64,000 nt of DNA from the human T2T-CHM13v2.0 reference genome, Homo sapiens, in the NCBI RefSeq assembly GCF_009914755.1, contig NC_060935.1. One strand, given 5' to 3'. This document shows, piece after piece, positions 13,982-28,745 of the stretch. A program made the translations under genes and the position numbers. Positions within the stretch are counted from its first letter, which is position 1, and every line of letters starts with the position of its first letter. The notes under the pieces are model-generated. The model did no database searches. It saw only the letters and a list, made by a program, of their open reading frames with translations, and was not told where the DNA came from.

Positions 13982-14198
13982 GAGGGGTGTCTAATCTTTT
14001 GACTTCCCTCAGCCACATTGGAAGAAGAATTGTCTTGGGCCACACATAGAATACACTAACACTAACAATAGCTGATAAGCTTAAAAAATGCAAACAAATC
14101 TAATAATCTTTTAAGAAAGTTTATGAATTTGTGTTAGGCCACATTCAAAGCTGTCCTGGGCCACATGCAGCCCAAGGGCCATGAATTGGACAACATTG
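13982..14198 (+). mobile_element. MER30 (hAT-Charlie family MITE)
   Basis: ggggtgtctaatcttttg...ccacattggaagaagaattgtcttgggccacaca...ttggacaa matches recalled MER30 consensus. Confidence 0.88.
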
Positions 14199-14204
14199 TA
14201 CTCA

Positions 14205-14535
14205 ACAAATAACCAGAGAAAGAAAGCCAGGAGGTAAAGCCAATCAGCAAATGGAGGAGATGAAATGGAGTCATACTCAATTGATCCAAAAGAATGCAGA
14301 GAAAGAGGAAAGACAGGGACCAAGAATGCAAGACAGAGAGAAATGGAGAGCACCATGGGAGATGCTGGCTCAGCCACGGCAGGAACCACATCTAATGGAA
14401 TGGCCCAGGTACAAGGCAGAAACAGACAGGGGGTGAAAAGGTGAGGCCCAATCACACGTAGCCTGTAGCTAATCCACCTTAAATATGGAGACAGAGAGGT
14501 GAAAAGCACAGAGAGGGAAAATTATATGCCATGCC
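14205..14535 (+). mobile_element. Old L1 inter-ORF/ORF2 5' fragment
   Basis: atactcaattgatccaaaagaa...ccaccttaaatat...gaaaattatatgccatgc. Confidence 0.5.
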
Positions 14536-14539
14536 CCAC

Positions 14540-15730
14540 CTATCTGGGCCCACCACATCCACCTGGACCCGTCTCACCTACCTGAACCAATGCATCACGT
14601 CCACCTGAACCAATCGTTTCTACCTAGGCCCATCACATCTACCTAAGTCCATCACATTCACCTGAACCTATCACATCCACCTGGCCCATTATGCCTACCT
14701 GGTCCCGTCTTATTCACTGAACCCATTATATCCTCCTGGGCCCGTCACATCTACCTAAACCTATCTCACCCACCTAGACCCATCACACCCACCTGGACCC
14801 ATCACACCCACCTGGACCCATCACACCCACCTGGACCCACCATACCCCCCTGGACTCACCATACCCTCCTGGAACCATCATTCCCAACTAGGCCCATCAT
14901 GCCTACCCAGACCAACACACTCACCTGGACCCATCATGCCCACCTGGATCCATCACGCCCACCTGGATCCATCACGCCCACCTGGACCCATCACGCTCAC
15001 CTGGATCCATCACACTCACCTGGACCCCTCACGCCCACCTGGATCCATCACGCCCACCTGGACCCATCACGCCCACCTGGACCCATCATGCCCACCTGAA
15101 CCCATCACGCCCACCTGGATCCATCACGCCCACCTGGACCCATCATGCCCACCTGGATCCATCGCACCCACCTGGACCCATCATGCCCACCTGGATCAAT
15201 TACACCCACCGGGACCCATCACACCCACCTGAACCCATCATGCCCACCTGAACTCATCACGCCCACCTGGACCCATCACGCCCATCTGGATCAATTACAC
15301 CCACCGGGACCCATCACACCCACCTGAACCCATCACACCCACCTGAACCCATCATGCCCACCTGGACCCATCACGCCCACCTGGACCCATCACGCCCACC
15401 TGGACCCATCACGCCCACCTGGACCCATCACGCCCACCTAGACCCATCACACCCACCTGGACCCATCACACCCACCTGGATCCATCAAACCCACCTGGAC
15501 CCATCACATCCACCTGGATCCATCAAACCCACCTGGACCCATCACATCCACCTGGACCTATCACATTTATCTGGGCCCATCATACTCACCTGGACCTATC
15601 ACACCCACCTGGACTCACCACATCCACCTGGACCCATCACACCCGCATGGACCCATCACATCCACCTGGACCCATCACACTTACCTGGGGCCATCCTGCC
15701 CACCTGTACCCATCACACTCACCTGAACCC
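14540..15730. repeat. 19-bp minisatellite CCCATCAC(G/A)CCCACCTGGA, about 60 copies
   Basis: Directly visible; homogeneous centre, degenerate flanks. Confidence 0.97.
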
Positions 15731-15829
15731 CAGTCTTTGTGTATCAGGTTTGTTTGGAACGCATGTTGAAATACGCCTACCTGGCTCACATGTCAACCAG
15801 AGCCAGGCTTTTTGCCCATTTTTTAAATG

Positions 15830-16126
15830 GTGCAGTGCAGGGGATTTCTAGGGTGATGAAACTCTTCTATATGATGCTGGATTTGAAATTACACATTTGG
15901 CAAAATGCATGGAACTGTGCAACACCAAGAGTAAACCCTAATGTCAACCGTGGACTTTAGAGAATAACAATGTGTTGATATTGGATCATCAATTGTAGCA
16001 AATGTGCCACACCAAGGCAAGATGTTAACGACAGGAGAAACTGTGGGTGGAACCCTATGTAATAGCTCATCAGTTATTCTGTAAATCAAAAATTGTACTA
16101 AAAATAGCCTATTAATTATTAAAAAA
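15830..16126 (+). mobile_element. L1MC-type 3' end
   Basis: caacaccaagagtaaaccctaatgtcaac...tcatcaattgtagcaaatgt, A-rich end. Confidence 0.8.
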
Positions 16127-16757
16127 CCAACTGACCAACCAAAAGGAAGTGGTGCAAGGCGTCCAAGAAGCGGAAGAGGCTGTAGCTTGACCTGGAAGAC
16201 GAGAGCAGAGGCAGCGTTCTGGTAGGTGACAGGCGCGTGTTCCACCTGCTGGAGCTGCCGGTTTTCTGATTCTTCGCCAAGTTCTCCTTCGGCTGCCCCA
16301 CGTACTTCAACACTTATCACTTAATAGCATTAATTATCACAACTCCTCCCTATTTACACGTAGCTTATCAACAAACAACTTGGGAGTCCAATAAAGCTTC
16401 ATGGCTGGATTGAGCTTCCAGAACCTTCCAGTCCCACAATAGACAGCAGCTCCAGGCCCCATTTCACCAGGCCCTGGGCTCCAGTCCCCCAAAGACAGGA
16501 GGCAAGAGGTTAAACGCAGGGCTCGGATGCTGTGTGAGGTTGGGCCAGTTACTCAGCTTGCCTGTGCTCACGTTGATTTTGAAAGTTACACTTAAAAACA
16601 GCCCCCAGATCACAGGAGAGAGTGTGGCCAGCACATTGGGAAAACTTCATGATAGGTTTCCTTTTTCTTAGCAGCTCCTGTGCCCTGGCTGAGGGAGGGA
16701 AGGTAGAGGGTGGAGAACCTTCTCAGAGAGATCAGAAGGGGCCAGCATATTCCCAGC

Positions 16758-17097
16758 TGTATTCATCAGCTTGGGCCGCTGGAACAGAGTGCAGCTTCCA
16801 CAACACAAATGGATTCCCCAACAGTCCTGGAGGCTGCAGGCCCAGCTCAAGGTGTGGCAGGACTGGCTCCTCCTGAGACCTCTCTCTCTTTGGCTTACAG
16901 GCCCCCTGTGTGTGTCTGTGTCCTCATCTCCTCCTCTTACAAGGACATCAGTCCTACAGCATTAGGACCCACCCCAGAGGCCTCATTTTAGCTTAATTAC
17001 CTCTTTATAAACCCATCTCCAAATACAATCACATTCAGAGGCACTGTGGGTCAGAATCCCAACAAACTTTTGGGGGGACACGATTCAGCTCATAACC
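16758..17097 (-). mobile_element. MLT1 (B-like) LTR
   Basis: cctcttacaaggacatcagtc...cttaattacctctttata...ggggacacgattcagctcataac. Confidence 0.8.
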
Positions 17098-17949
17098 TCA
17101 GCAAATTTCTAAAACACCCACAGACCTGGTCCCACCATGAAGATGGCCAGGCGCAGCTGAGACGTGAACTCGGGAGCTGGTAAAGGCGGGTGGAGGAGGG
17201 TCTCCTGTGAGGCTTCGTCCTGGGGTGGAGTGGGGGCTGCTGCAGAGAAGAAAGGATGATGCAGCTGTATCCTAGGTCCAGCCCTGGGCTGCCCCAGCTT
17301 CCACGCGGCCCTGATGGCTTTCTGGCCCTGCGTCTGCATCTGTAGAATGGGTGAACGCTCCTCCAGACCCCATTGGTTTTTTAAGGGTACATGAGGCCGA
17401 GGACATGGGCAGCTCCTGGAACCCTGAGAGGAGGTGGGATCCTTTATATAACTGGCATCTGAGAAACCCCACAACAGAGAGGCAGGAGACCTGAGTTCCC
17501 GTCGCAGACAAGCCTACCTGCTTCCAAACCTCCCTCCTGCCGAGGCAGTTCTGAGAACCAACGCTGGTATCAGGACAGCAGCCATGGGATGCTTCCCACA
17601 CTCCCGCCTTTGAACCCCACAACCCTGTGGGAGAGGCCCCCCCAAGCACCCACTTTTATGGAGGAGAAGTGAGGCTCAGAGGTTAAATGTCCCTCCCGGG
17701 CTCACCCTGCGCTGGGATCAGAACCCAGATGTCGGGCTCCACTGTGATTTGCCAGGAAGATCTTGGATGGGAGGGAGGACTCCCCGGAGTGGCCCATGGG
17801 GACCGCTCATGAGTCTCCCTGGCTCCCTGGGGACAGTTTCAGGTCCACAGCCCGGCAGGCTGAGGTGCAAATGGTTTCTTTGCGGTGCCTGAGGAGTTGC
17901 CGGCATTTGGAGTCTCCGTGCGTGTGTCTGGTTTTGTTTGCCTTGGAAC

Positions 17950-18300
17950 TACAAAGGACTCACCAGTTATTTTGAGTTAACTCGGTTATTTTGCTTCAAC
18001 TGCAGGGAACTTTTACATCCACCACAACCGTGTCCCAGCAGCCAGGAGGGCCCTTCGTCCTGCAGAGGGCTCCGGCGGCTTCACCACCAGGCAATGGAAA
18101 GAACTTATTTTTAGGAAAACGAGAAGCTACCTACCACTTAGCGAGGAATCCGGGTTAATTGTGAAGCTGTTCTCAGTTTCTTTATTTAGCTATTTATTAA
18201 ACTGGCTCAAACTAGAATTAATGGCTGTGCCAGCCTCGCGGCTCCTCATGTGCCTGTTCAGGGCAGCCACAGCAATTTGGGCCTGATTAAAGGCTCCGCC
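17950..18300. promoter_or_regulatory. Candidate enhancer, homeodomain-motif-rich unique block
   Basis: TTAATTG, TTTATTAA, ATTAATGG and TGATTAAA within an AT-richer island in GC-rich context. Confidence 0.3.
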
Positions 18301-18560
18301 AACCCCCCTCCCCACTCACACACACAGCTCGAAGCCCCCAGCTCAGGAATGCGCGGCCCACAGCTCGCAGGCCCGGCTGCAGGGAAGAGTTGTTTTTGCC
18401 TCAAATCCACACCCTGGGCTTCCACCCGCACAAGCATGTTGCTGAGCCTGTCCAGGGGCACCAGCCTTGGCCATCCACCCCAGAAAGGCGGCCCCAGACC
18501 CTTGCACCCTGCTCTGGGTCCCCTGGCCCCAGATCCCTCTTGGCGTCACCCCACTGGTGA

Positions 18561-18670
18561 CTTTAGGCAGTTTCTGCAATTTGAATAATCTCATGTATCT
18601 ATTTGCCTGCTCCTTTAGGCAGTTTCTGCAATTTGAATAATCTCAATCTCATGTATCTATTTGCCTGCTC
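18561..18670. repeat. Tandem duplication of about 52 bp
   Basis: ctttaggcagtttctgcaatttgaataatctc...atttgcctgctc twice; second copy has an extra 5 bp. Confidence 0.95.
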
Positions 18671-18697
18671 CACCAGAATATAAGGTCCAGGAGGCTA

Positions 18698-18948
18698 GGT
18701 CCCTCACCCCTCCATTCACCCCGAAGCTCCAGCTTCTAGAACATGGCCAGATGCACGGCAGGTCCTCACCCCTCCATTCACCCCGAAGCTCCAGCTTCTA
18801 GAACATGGCCAGATGCACGGCAGGTCCTCACCCCTCCATTCACCCCGAAGCTCCAGCTTCTAGAACATGGCCAGATGCACGGCAGGTCCTCACCCCTCCA
18901 TTCACCCCGAAGCTCCAGCTTCTAGAACATGGCCAGATATACGGCAGG
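18698..18948. repeat. 62-bp tandem repeat x4
   Basis: ggtcctcacccctccattcaccccgaagctccagcttctagaacatggccagatgcacggca, near-identical copies. Confidence 0.97.
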
Positions 18949-19304
18949 TGCTCCATCAGGAGATGCTGAGTTTCTCATTCTTGTTTGAAAACAGAAGGCT
19001 TCAGAGGCCAGCCCCGGGGGAGCCTCAGCCCTGAAGAGCAACGCACAGTGGAAATTAGAGAGACACTGCCTGGTGGTTCCACTGCTTGATGGCTCCGGAT
19101 CCAGCCTGGGGGCTGCAGGGGTCACTACTGAGGCTTGACGTTAGGGATGACCCCAGATCCCAGAGCCTCCCAAGCTGAAGAGAAACGGGAAGAGGCATGG
19201 GCACTCCTGTCCCCCAAGGAAGCCTGTTGGGCAGTGTTGTCACCTGCACATCCAGGCAAGAATGACAGCCTCGCCACTGCACGGCCCCAGGATGATGATG
19301 GCCA

Positions 19305-20178
<874 letters not shown>

Positions 20179-20199
20179 CCAGAAGAGAATGAGCCTCTC

Positions 20200-21040
<841 letters not shown>

Positions 21041-21229
21041 AGTTAAGGCTAAAAAAAAAAGCACAGAGGGCTGCAGGGTTGGGGCATAGTAGTATGTGGG
21101 TTGTGGGGTCAAATGTTCCCCACTCCCTCGGCCAGATTGAAGCCCCGGCTCTCCTGGCTGACTTTGGTTTGGTTACAATTCTCACCTGTGCAACAGGGAT
21201 GATATTAACACCTGCCTGAGAGGGCTATT

Positions 21230-21433
21230 CTGGGGACCGAGGGAAGTCCTGCCGGTAAGAGGGAAGCCAGGGCCCGACACAGCAGGAAGAGGACCCAGTC
21301 CTGCCGACACGCTGATTTTAGCCCCGTGAGCCCATTTCAAACTTCTGATCTCCACATCATGAGAAGGCACTTGTGCTGTCTTCGGCCAGTCCATTTGGGG
21401 TCATTTATTATAGCAGCCACAGTAAACACATAC
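21230..21433 (+). mobile_element. MLT1 LTR 3' fragment
   Basis: cctgccgacacgctgattttagccc...catttattatagcagccacagtaaac. Confidence 0.7.
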
Positions 21434-24400
21434 GATGGGTCTCTCATCCTGCCAGTGCAGGCCTCAGACATAGCCTAGAGCTGTGTCCTCTACCTCTGGC
21501 CCCCTCTCCCAAGCCCCAATCTCCTCGTGGACCTTTGAGGTGCTGGGCAAAGTGCAAAGCCCCCACTTTTGTCTCTGGCTGGGCAGGTGCCCACCAGTGG
21601 AGGGAGGGCTGGAGGAGGTTTCAAGCTGGAAGCCCCAGGGCTCTGCCCAAGGAGTCACCTGAGGCCTCAGCTGCTCTAGCCCCGGGCACATCCCTCCCAC
21701 AGAGGGAGGAAAGGCTGGTTCCTGTCTGGAAAGGTCCCCATTGGGCCCCCTCAGCCTGTCTGAACACAGAAGGGCACAGCCTCAGCCCTATAGGCAGAGT
21801 TGACCAGGACACTTGCAAACACCCTACCCCATCCTCACTCCAGCCAACACACCTGCCATGCCCAGCCTGTGCTATGGGGTTGGGGGAACAGAGGTGAGCA
21901 AACTTCAACAGGGTCTCTCCCCCAGAGAACCCAGAGTTCAGCAGGAAAGACAGATGTTCATCCAATCATCACATCTGTAAAGCAATGTCAGTTCAAGGAG
22001 AGGCACCTGGGGGCCAAAGGGGGTCAGGAAGATCTGGAAAGACCCACCCGAGGAGATGCTAATTGCACTGATATTGGCAGTGGGGATGTGCAGGCATGAT
22101 GATGGAGGAGGTTGAGCAGGGCCTTGAGACCCGTGGGAGGGGGCCTGGGGGAAGAGGCCACAGTGGCAGGGCAGCCAGGACTCTGAACCCAGTGGAAGGC
22201 TCTGGAAGGCTGTAAGCAGAGGGACTGGGGATCCCATCCACTTTCGTAAAGACCACTCTGGCTGCCCTGTGGAGACTGGCTGGGCCAGTGGCAGTGGCGG
22301 CCCCAGGGCGGGTGGCTGCCATGCATCCCCAGCAGCTGCCGCTTCTTGCAGGAAGCAGGACCTGGCACACCCACCTGTGGCCACATCCCAGGCCTGTGAC
22401 CCTAGCTGCATTCTGGGAGCTGGCTCTGAGAGACCACCCTCCTGCTGGCCCAGGGGGAGGTGGGGGTGGGACGTTCAGGGGGAGAAAGAGCCCACTAGCA
22501 GCTCCAAAAGGTGCCAGCTCTGTAGGCTCCAGCTTCCCAGGGCCAGGACCCCAGGCTGTGCCGCCACCCCTGCCCCCATCATAAACGCATCTCAGCTCCT
22601 CTTGGCCCGTTCACTGACCTGCAACCAGGTGTGAATTGGGCCTGGCCAGGGACAAAATGGCTTTGATGAGCCAAATGGTGGGACCCTTTTTGTTGGGGGG
22701 AGGGGCTTTGGAATCTCCACAGTTCACCCAGGCATGGTGTCCTGCAGAGACCCAAGAAGGGGCCGGGAAGATTTCTTTTACGAGCCTCCCTCCTCCCCGG
22801 GCAGCTGCCCCCACTGCTGGCCAGGCCTCTTTGGAGAGCAAGGAGGCTGGGCTGCCCCAGGCCTGGCCCCTTCCTGGGCACAGAGATGAGCATCTGCCAT
22901 GCCAGCCCACGTCACTTTCCTGGAGGGCAGGCCTTTGAGAAAAAAGGGACAGACGCTTTCAAAGGGACTAAAATGGTTGTTTTTTAAAATAACAAACGAA
23001 CCCTATGCATCTCAAGGCCTTTTTGGAAGCCTTAAGAGAAGCGGGGAGTGGAGAATGCTGGGCCCCTTGCCAGGGGCAGGGATGGCCCTGCCCAGGGTCA
23101 GCTGCCCATGCTCAGGGGGGCAGTGGCTGCCCGTCAGCCCCCAGTCCCTTGTTCACGCACACAGACTCATGGGCAGCTAGTGGGGAAGGTCAGGTCCCAG
23201 TACCTGGTTCCCGCTCCCAACAGACACTTTATTCAGTGGCAGCCGGGATGGCCAAGTCCTTTCCCAGGCATCCCCCAGCCACGGATTCTGTGAGCGGGGG
23301 GCAGGACCAGCTCTTCCTCACTTCACAGCTGGGGAAGCTGAGTCTCCAGCCACTGGGGACAGAAGCTGGGAAACCCTGGGTCTTTCCCTGCCCCCTTATC
23401 AGACCTGCTCCTTCCCTTTCTTGAGGAATTCCCATCGACCTCATGGCTCCTACAGAGAGCAGGGTGGGCTACACTGGGTGGTTCCACCTGAAATGACAGC
23501 CCCACCAGCCTCCAGGCTGCCTGTCTGGCCGGGCTCCTGCCTCCTCCCCAATTGTCCTCAGGGACTGACAAGCTCCTGCTCTGTGCAGGCGCTGCCCTGG
23601 GCCTGTAGACCTTACACAGCTCAGCAGGGCTCAGGCCGGAGAGCCCCCAGGCCTTCTCTGAACCCCCACTCCAAAAGACCCCCAGTCACTGTCCGGGTGC
23701 CCCGCTTTGCGACCCTCCCTGCCTTGGTCACCCCCTCTTGCTCGGGCGTGCGCTTATTTACTTATGTTTCTATGAATGGCGAGCTCTGTGAGGCACATAG
23801 TAGGTGCTCAGTAAATATCCCTCTAAGGATTGGATGAGGGAACCCTGGGCAGAGCCCAGCAGCAAGGTAAAGTGAGAGACAGGATGCACTGAGCTTCAGT
23901 TCCCAGCTGCACTGCACGTCAGGAGAACCTGCCAGGAGGCTCTGCCCGGGAGGTGGCCTGGCTGGCCCCACCACCCGCCCCTGTGGGGTCTCGCACCCAG
24001 CACTGCCCTTCCCTGCTCTGTCCAGTGAGGTGATGCCATATACCTGCTCACCTCACCAGATTGAGACGGACTCTGGATTTGAAAGTGCTCAGACGCTCTC
24101 ATGGGCTGTATGACAACGTCGGGGTCCCAGGGTGATGACAGAGGACTGCCATTTAGGGTTTTCAGGGAAGGCTACCCTAACACCAGCTCCTTGCAGGCTG
24201 CCCTTGGCCTGGTGTCCTGACCACACTCTGTTCCCACCAGGCCCCCTGCCTGAGTACCATCAGGAGCCGATGCCCCACCCCATCTGGGTGCCACTGGCCA
24301 TGGCCCTCTTGGCTGTGGGGTGCACCAGTGCAGTTCCTGAGCCCCACAGCCCACTCAAACCCACACCACCACCCAGAAGCTGAGAGGCTCAGACAAATGA

Positions 24401-25844
24401 TACGGCCATCCTGGGACCAGTGCTGGTTCCAAGGCCAGGAGGGATTGGCAGGGAAGATCACCATGGGTGACCACCGGTCACGTGTGTGGGAAACGCTGGG
24501 CTCTGTCCACCCTGATGAGACGGGAAGACGCTGACACGTGAAGGAGTTCTTTATTCCAATTAGAATTTCCCTGGACCCAGCCGTCTGGGACAGAGCCCTG
24601 GGTGCCCCAGGAGAAGAGGCCCCAGGTCCCACACCACCTCTAGGCCAGAGCTGCCCCCGCTTGGCTGAGTAGGTTAGCAGCACAGGGCTCTGGAAAGTGC
24701 TCTGGTCTCACCTGCCACTGGATCCAGGCAATGTGGCCTGGGGCACAGGACCAAGCCTGCTCAGCGCTCAGCCTCTGCGTGGCCAGGCGAGGCCTCCCAG
24801 CTCCTCTCCAAGTCCGTTTCCTGGGCTCAGCCCTGCTCACCAGCATTCACCCCACAGCCCCACTGGGGGACTGGCAGCGGGAAGTTCTTCTCAGGTGCTT
24901 GTGGTCATGGCCGTCAGTGCCAGCCGGGCCCATGCTTGGTGCCCACCCTTCCAAGCCCATCAGAGCCGCCCCTGGCCAGGCTGCTGCTGGGGACGGGACA
25001 GGAGAAGACGGCCAAGCTGGCTTCCTCTAGTGCCTGCCAGCTGCCTGTCCACCCTCCCACACGAAGACCTCTGAGCCTCACAGGCCTCTGCTCAGTAATC
25101 CCCTAAACCATCACCCACCTACAGCCCCCTCTGCTGGACACCTTGGACCCTCACGTTAACCTCAGGCCCCCGTGTCGGACGGGCTTCCAGGGTCTCACTT
25201 CCCCTCCCTGACTTGTGTGTGTCTTCAAAGACATTCCACCCCTGCCGCAAGCATGACCGGGCTAGAGACCCCCATCCCTGCTTCCATCCACTGACCCAAG
25301 GCACTGAGCACTGACTATGTGCCAGCCCCAGTCAGAAGTGCCGGAGATGCAGGCGGTCATTGGACAAAGCTCCTGTGCTCCTGGATCAGGCATTTCCTGA
25401 ACTCCACGCGGAGCTGTTTAGCTTAACCAGTGTCACCTTTAGTGACAACACTACAGGTCCTTCAGGGGGCCATCCGTATGTGCCCATTTTCAGGGTGCCA
25501 CAAAGACCTCATGAGCATGAGCCTTGCCTGCTGACAGACCTGGGTTGAAAGATGAGCTCCCCACTACAAGCTGAGCTCCCCACTACAAGCTGAGGGACTG
25601 GGCAAGTTATAAAGTTGCACGACAGTGTCAGTGAAAATGGATGCCACATCAACCAGGTGTACGTGCTGCTCCAGCCCCCTGAGTGATAAGACTGTTTAGT
25701 CATCCCCAAACCCTACAGGGTAGGTCCTGTTGCCTCCTGAGTGGTAGGGAAAAGGAAATGGAGGCTTGGGGAGAAGTGTGTTGGTCACGGCCATGCCTCC
25801 ACTCTCTGAGCCCCAGCTCCAGCCTGGACAGCCTGCGGGCAAGG

Positions 25845-26288
25845 TGCCCTCAGTGCCCCGCAGCTGCTGCACTGAAATCCCACAGACCAGGCAGTATGAA
25901 CAGCAGGCATTTATCCCTCGCAGTTCTGCCGGCCTCAAGTCTAAGATCGAGGGGTTGGCAGTGCCACATGCCCTCTGAAGTCGCTAGGGGAGGACCCACT
26001 CTACCTCTTCCAGCTTCTGGGGCTCCAGCTGCTCCTTTGCTGTGGCCGCCTCCCACCAGCCCCTGCCTCCGTGGTCACACGGTCACCTCCCCTCTATGTC
26101 TTCTCTTTTTTTTTTTTTTTTTGCCTCTTATAAGGATCCCATCATTGGATTTAGGGCCCACCTGGGTAACCCAGGATGATCTCGTCTCAAGATCCTTACC
26201 TTAATTATATCTGCACAGACCCTTATTTCCAATAAAGCCATCTTCTGAGGTAGCTGTGGCTTAGGGGCCGCCAATCAACCCTCTACCA
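25845..26288 (-). mobile_element. MLT1 (C-like) LTR
   Basis: cctcttccagcttctgg...cttataagga...ggatttagggcccacc...gatccttaccttaattatatctgca. Confidence 0.8.
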
Positions 26289-27872
26289 GGCCGCTGAGGC
26301 ATGGGGCTAGGGCAGGGGCGTCTCTAGCTCAGGTCTGGGGGGGTCTATGGGTGATCCTGGCAGACACAGATTTTCATCATGCCGAGAGGTGTCCACACAG
26401 CCCTGTGAGCTGCGCTCCCCTGGCTGGCACCCCAGGCTGACTGTCTCAGGGCAGACTTGCCTATGGACCCAGTGTGGAATTCCAGCCACCACGGGATGCT
26501 GGGTGTGGTCTCTGCGGGATGCTTGGTGGCCCAAAGAAATCATCTGTTCCCATGAGCTGTGGCCGCCAGGGCTGTCCCGCCACCACGGAGCCAGCTCAGA
26601 GGGCACACGGCCCCGAGACAGATTGGCATTCTGGCTACATCTTGGGGAGCAGCCTTGGCATCGGAGGGGCTCTGAGGCAGGAACCTGGTGCACCCACGGT
26701 GGGGGACAATAGCTGCCTCTGGCCGGGGGAGCCCAAGGAAGGAAGCTCAGGCAGCCCAGCTCCTTTCCAGTGATGCTGAGTGCCTAGCTCGGGCCAGACA
26801 CAGGAGCAGGGAGCTGGCGGGGATGCTGCCACCCACAGGGCCCTGGGAGTTGGTCAAGGGACTGGGTGGCAAAGGCCAGCACGCCGTGGCCCCTCTGGAG
26901 GGGAAGGAGCCTGGAGACAGAGAAGCACGTCACCACCCCCATTCCAGGTGCAGAGACAAAGGGAACAGAACGAACGAGACCAGGGTCCGTCCTTCAGAGA
27001 GCCAGGGGCCAGGGCCTGAGCCCTGCTTGGCCAGCACTTGCTAAGTGGCCGGAGGCCGGCGGCTTCCTCTCTCTGTGCCTCTGCGTCCAGTCATATCTGA
27101 AGCTGGAGCTGGTGGTCTGATAGAATGCAGGGCACTGCACGTAGGCTGCACACGCCACACGGGCTGTCACCAGCACTGCCTGCACCAGCGTGGGGCCATG
27201 ACTGGAACAGTGCTGGGCAGAGTCTGTGTTCAGTAACCATCCTTGGCTGCTGTTATCAAGGAGGCACTAAAAGAATTCCTGGGATCCCCAGAGAAGGAGT
27301 AAATGCCTGCATTTGTTGGGGAGGGAATAAGGAGGGTGGAGAAGAAATCAGGGACAGCTGAAGGGTGAGCGACATGCCAGGGTATCGGGCGGTGCCAGTG
27401 AACAGAGAGAGCAGAGGCCCAACTGCAAATTCCTTAGGAGACCAGCTTGCCTGGGGGCGGCCCCACTGGGGCTTTGACGTTCACAGAGGAGTTCGGACCT
27501 TCGTACTGCAGGAAGAAATGTTTAGGGTGGGAAGCAAGATTAGACTGGCACTTGGAAATGCCACAGGCGATTCTGTGAACAGAGCGAGTCTGATTAAGAT
27601 AAAATAGGAGAATTACAGGGACCCCTGAGTCTGGGTGTAAGGTCGCATCCAAATTCTCCCTCAAGGTCCCTGCACGGCCCCAGGCAGCATCCCTGGTCTT
27701 TTCATATTGGTCTTCTCACCAGCCTTTGCTGCTCCTGCTCCAAATCCTCCTGGCTTGAGAGTCCCCACCTTGGTCTCCTGGACCCCTCTAACCAGGGCCC
27801 CTGCTCTCTGGTATTGCAGTTACTCTCACCTCCAGGCTTGGCTGTGCAGGAGCGCAGAGGTGAGAGGTCATT

Positions 27873-28321
27873 GCAGTGCATTGGCTTGGGCAGAGTTGGG
27901 ACTTGTTGTTCAGGGCCGCAGGGACCAGCTGCCCCCTCCCCGGGCACCTACAGCCCCACAATTGGGGACCTCGCCAGCCACCGAGGTCTTTCTTCTCGGC
28001 ACTGCCCCCACCCCCACCCTGGCTGTCCAGTCTTCAAGCAAATGTTTTTGATTTTACAGGAAGTAGAGCAAGGACCTAATCTGAGTTTAATTTTTGAAGC
28101 AAGGCCTTTGATTTAATACTTATTCATTTAAGTAATTAATGCCTCCGAGTCCAGAGTCAGAAGCCATCTCAGTTTAGCCCGTCTCTTTCCTTACACGCAA
28201 AAGCAGACCTCACAGCACTTGGTACCTCCAAACCATTAATTTATACCAACGGGGACATTCCAAGGCCCGGAGCAGTTACTGAACACGACTGTGCAGCCTT
28301 CTCTGCCATATTAATGTACTC
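27873..28321. repeat. Partner region of the composite copy at 29229-29678
   Basis: 27873-28097 recurs inverted at 29449-29678; 28171-28321 recurs directly at 29229-29379. Confidence 0.95.
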
Positions 28322-28559
28322 TTGTCCCCAAAGACCTGGGACAGGAGTGGCTGCCTACTTAGCAAGGACTCTGCTCACAAGCCCGGTCCTCTTGTGGGTA
28401 TAGAATATTCTGGGTTATGAGACATGTTTTTGAACCCAGACTTGATGCATTCAGTCAATAAACATATATGAAGTGCTGTCTCCCATGCACTAGGTGCACC
28501 CTGGAGAAGCAACTCTTATCCCCAAAGAGAAAACACACAGGCAGCAAATCTGTAGGAAT

Positions 28560-28745
28560 GAGGGCAGAGTGGGGAGGACAGAGTGGGGAGGGCAGAGTGG
28601 GGAAGGCAGAATGGGGAGGGCAGAGTGGGGAGGGCAGAGTGGGGAGGGCAGAGTGGGGAAGGCAGAATGGGGAGGGCAGAGTGGGGAGGGCTGAGGGGGG
28701 AGGGCAGAAGGGGGAGGGCAGAGTGGGGAGGGCAGAGTGGGGAGG
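28560..28745. repeat. 15-bp G-rich minisatellite (GGGCAGAGTGGGGAG), G-quadruplex-prone
   Basis: About 12 copies visible, repeated G3/G4 runs. Confidence 0.92.

Noticed and set aside
14899-15851. His/Pro-rich repeat ORFs
   Set aside because: Products of a 19-bp VNTR (not a multiple of 3), with scattered stops and no splice context.
18698-18948. Regular repeats superficially like a CRISPR array (also 47690-48158)
   Set aside because: No unique spacers, no cas genes, and the DNA is primate; these are VNTRs.
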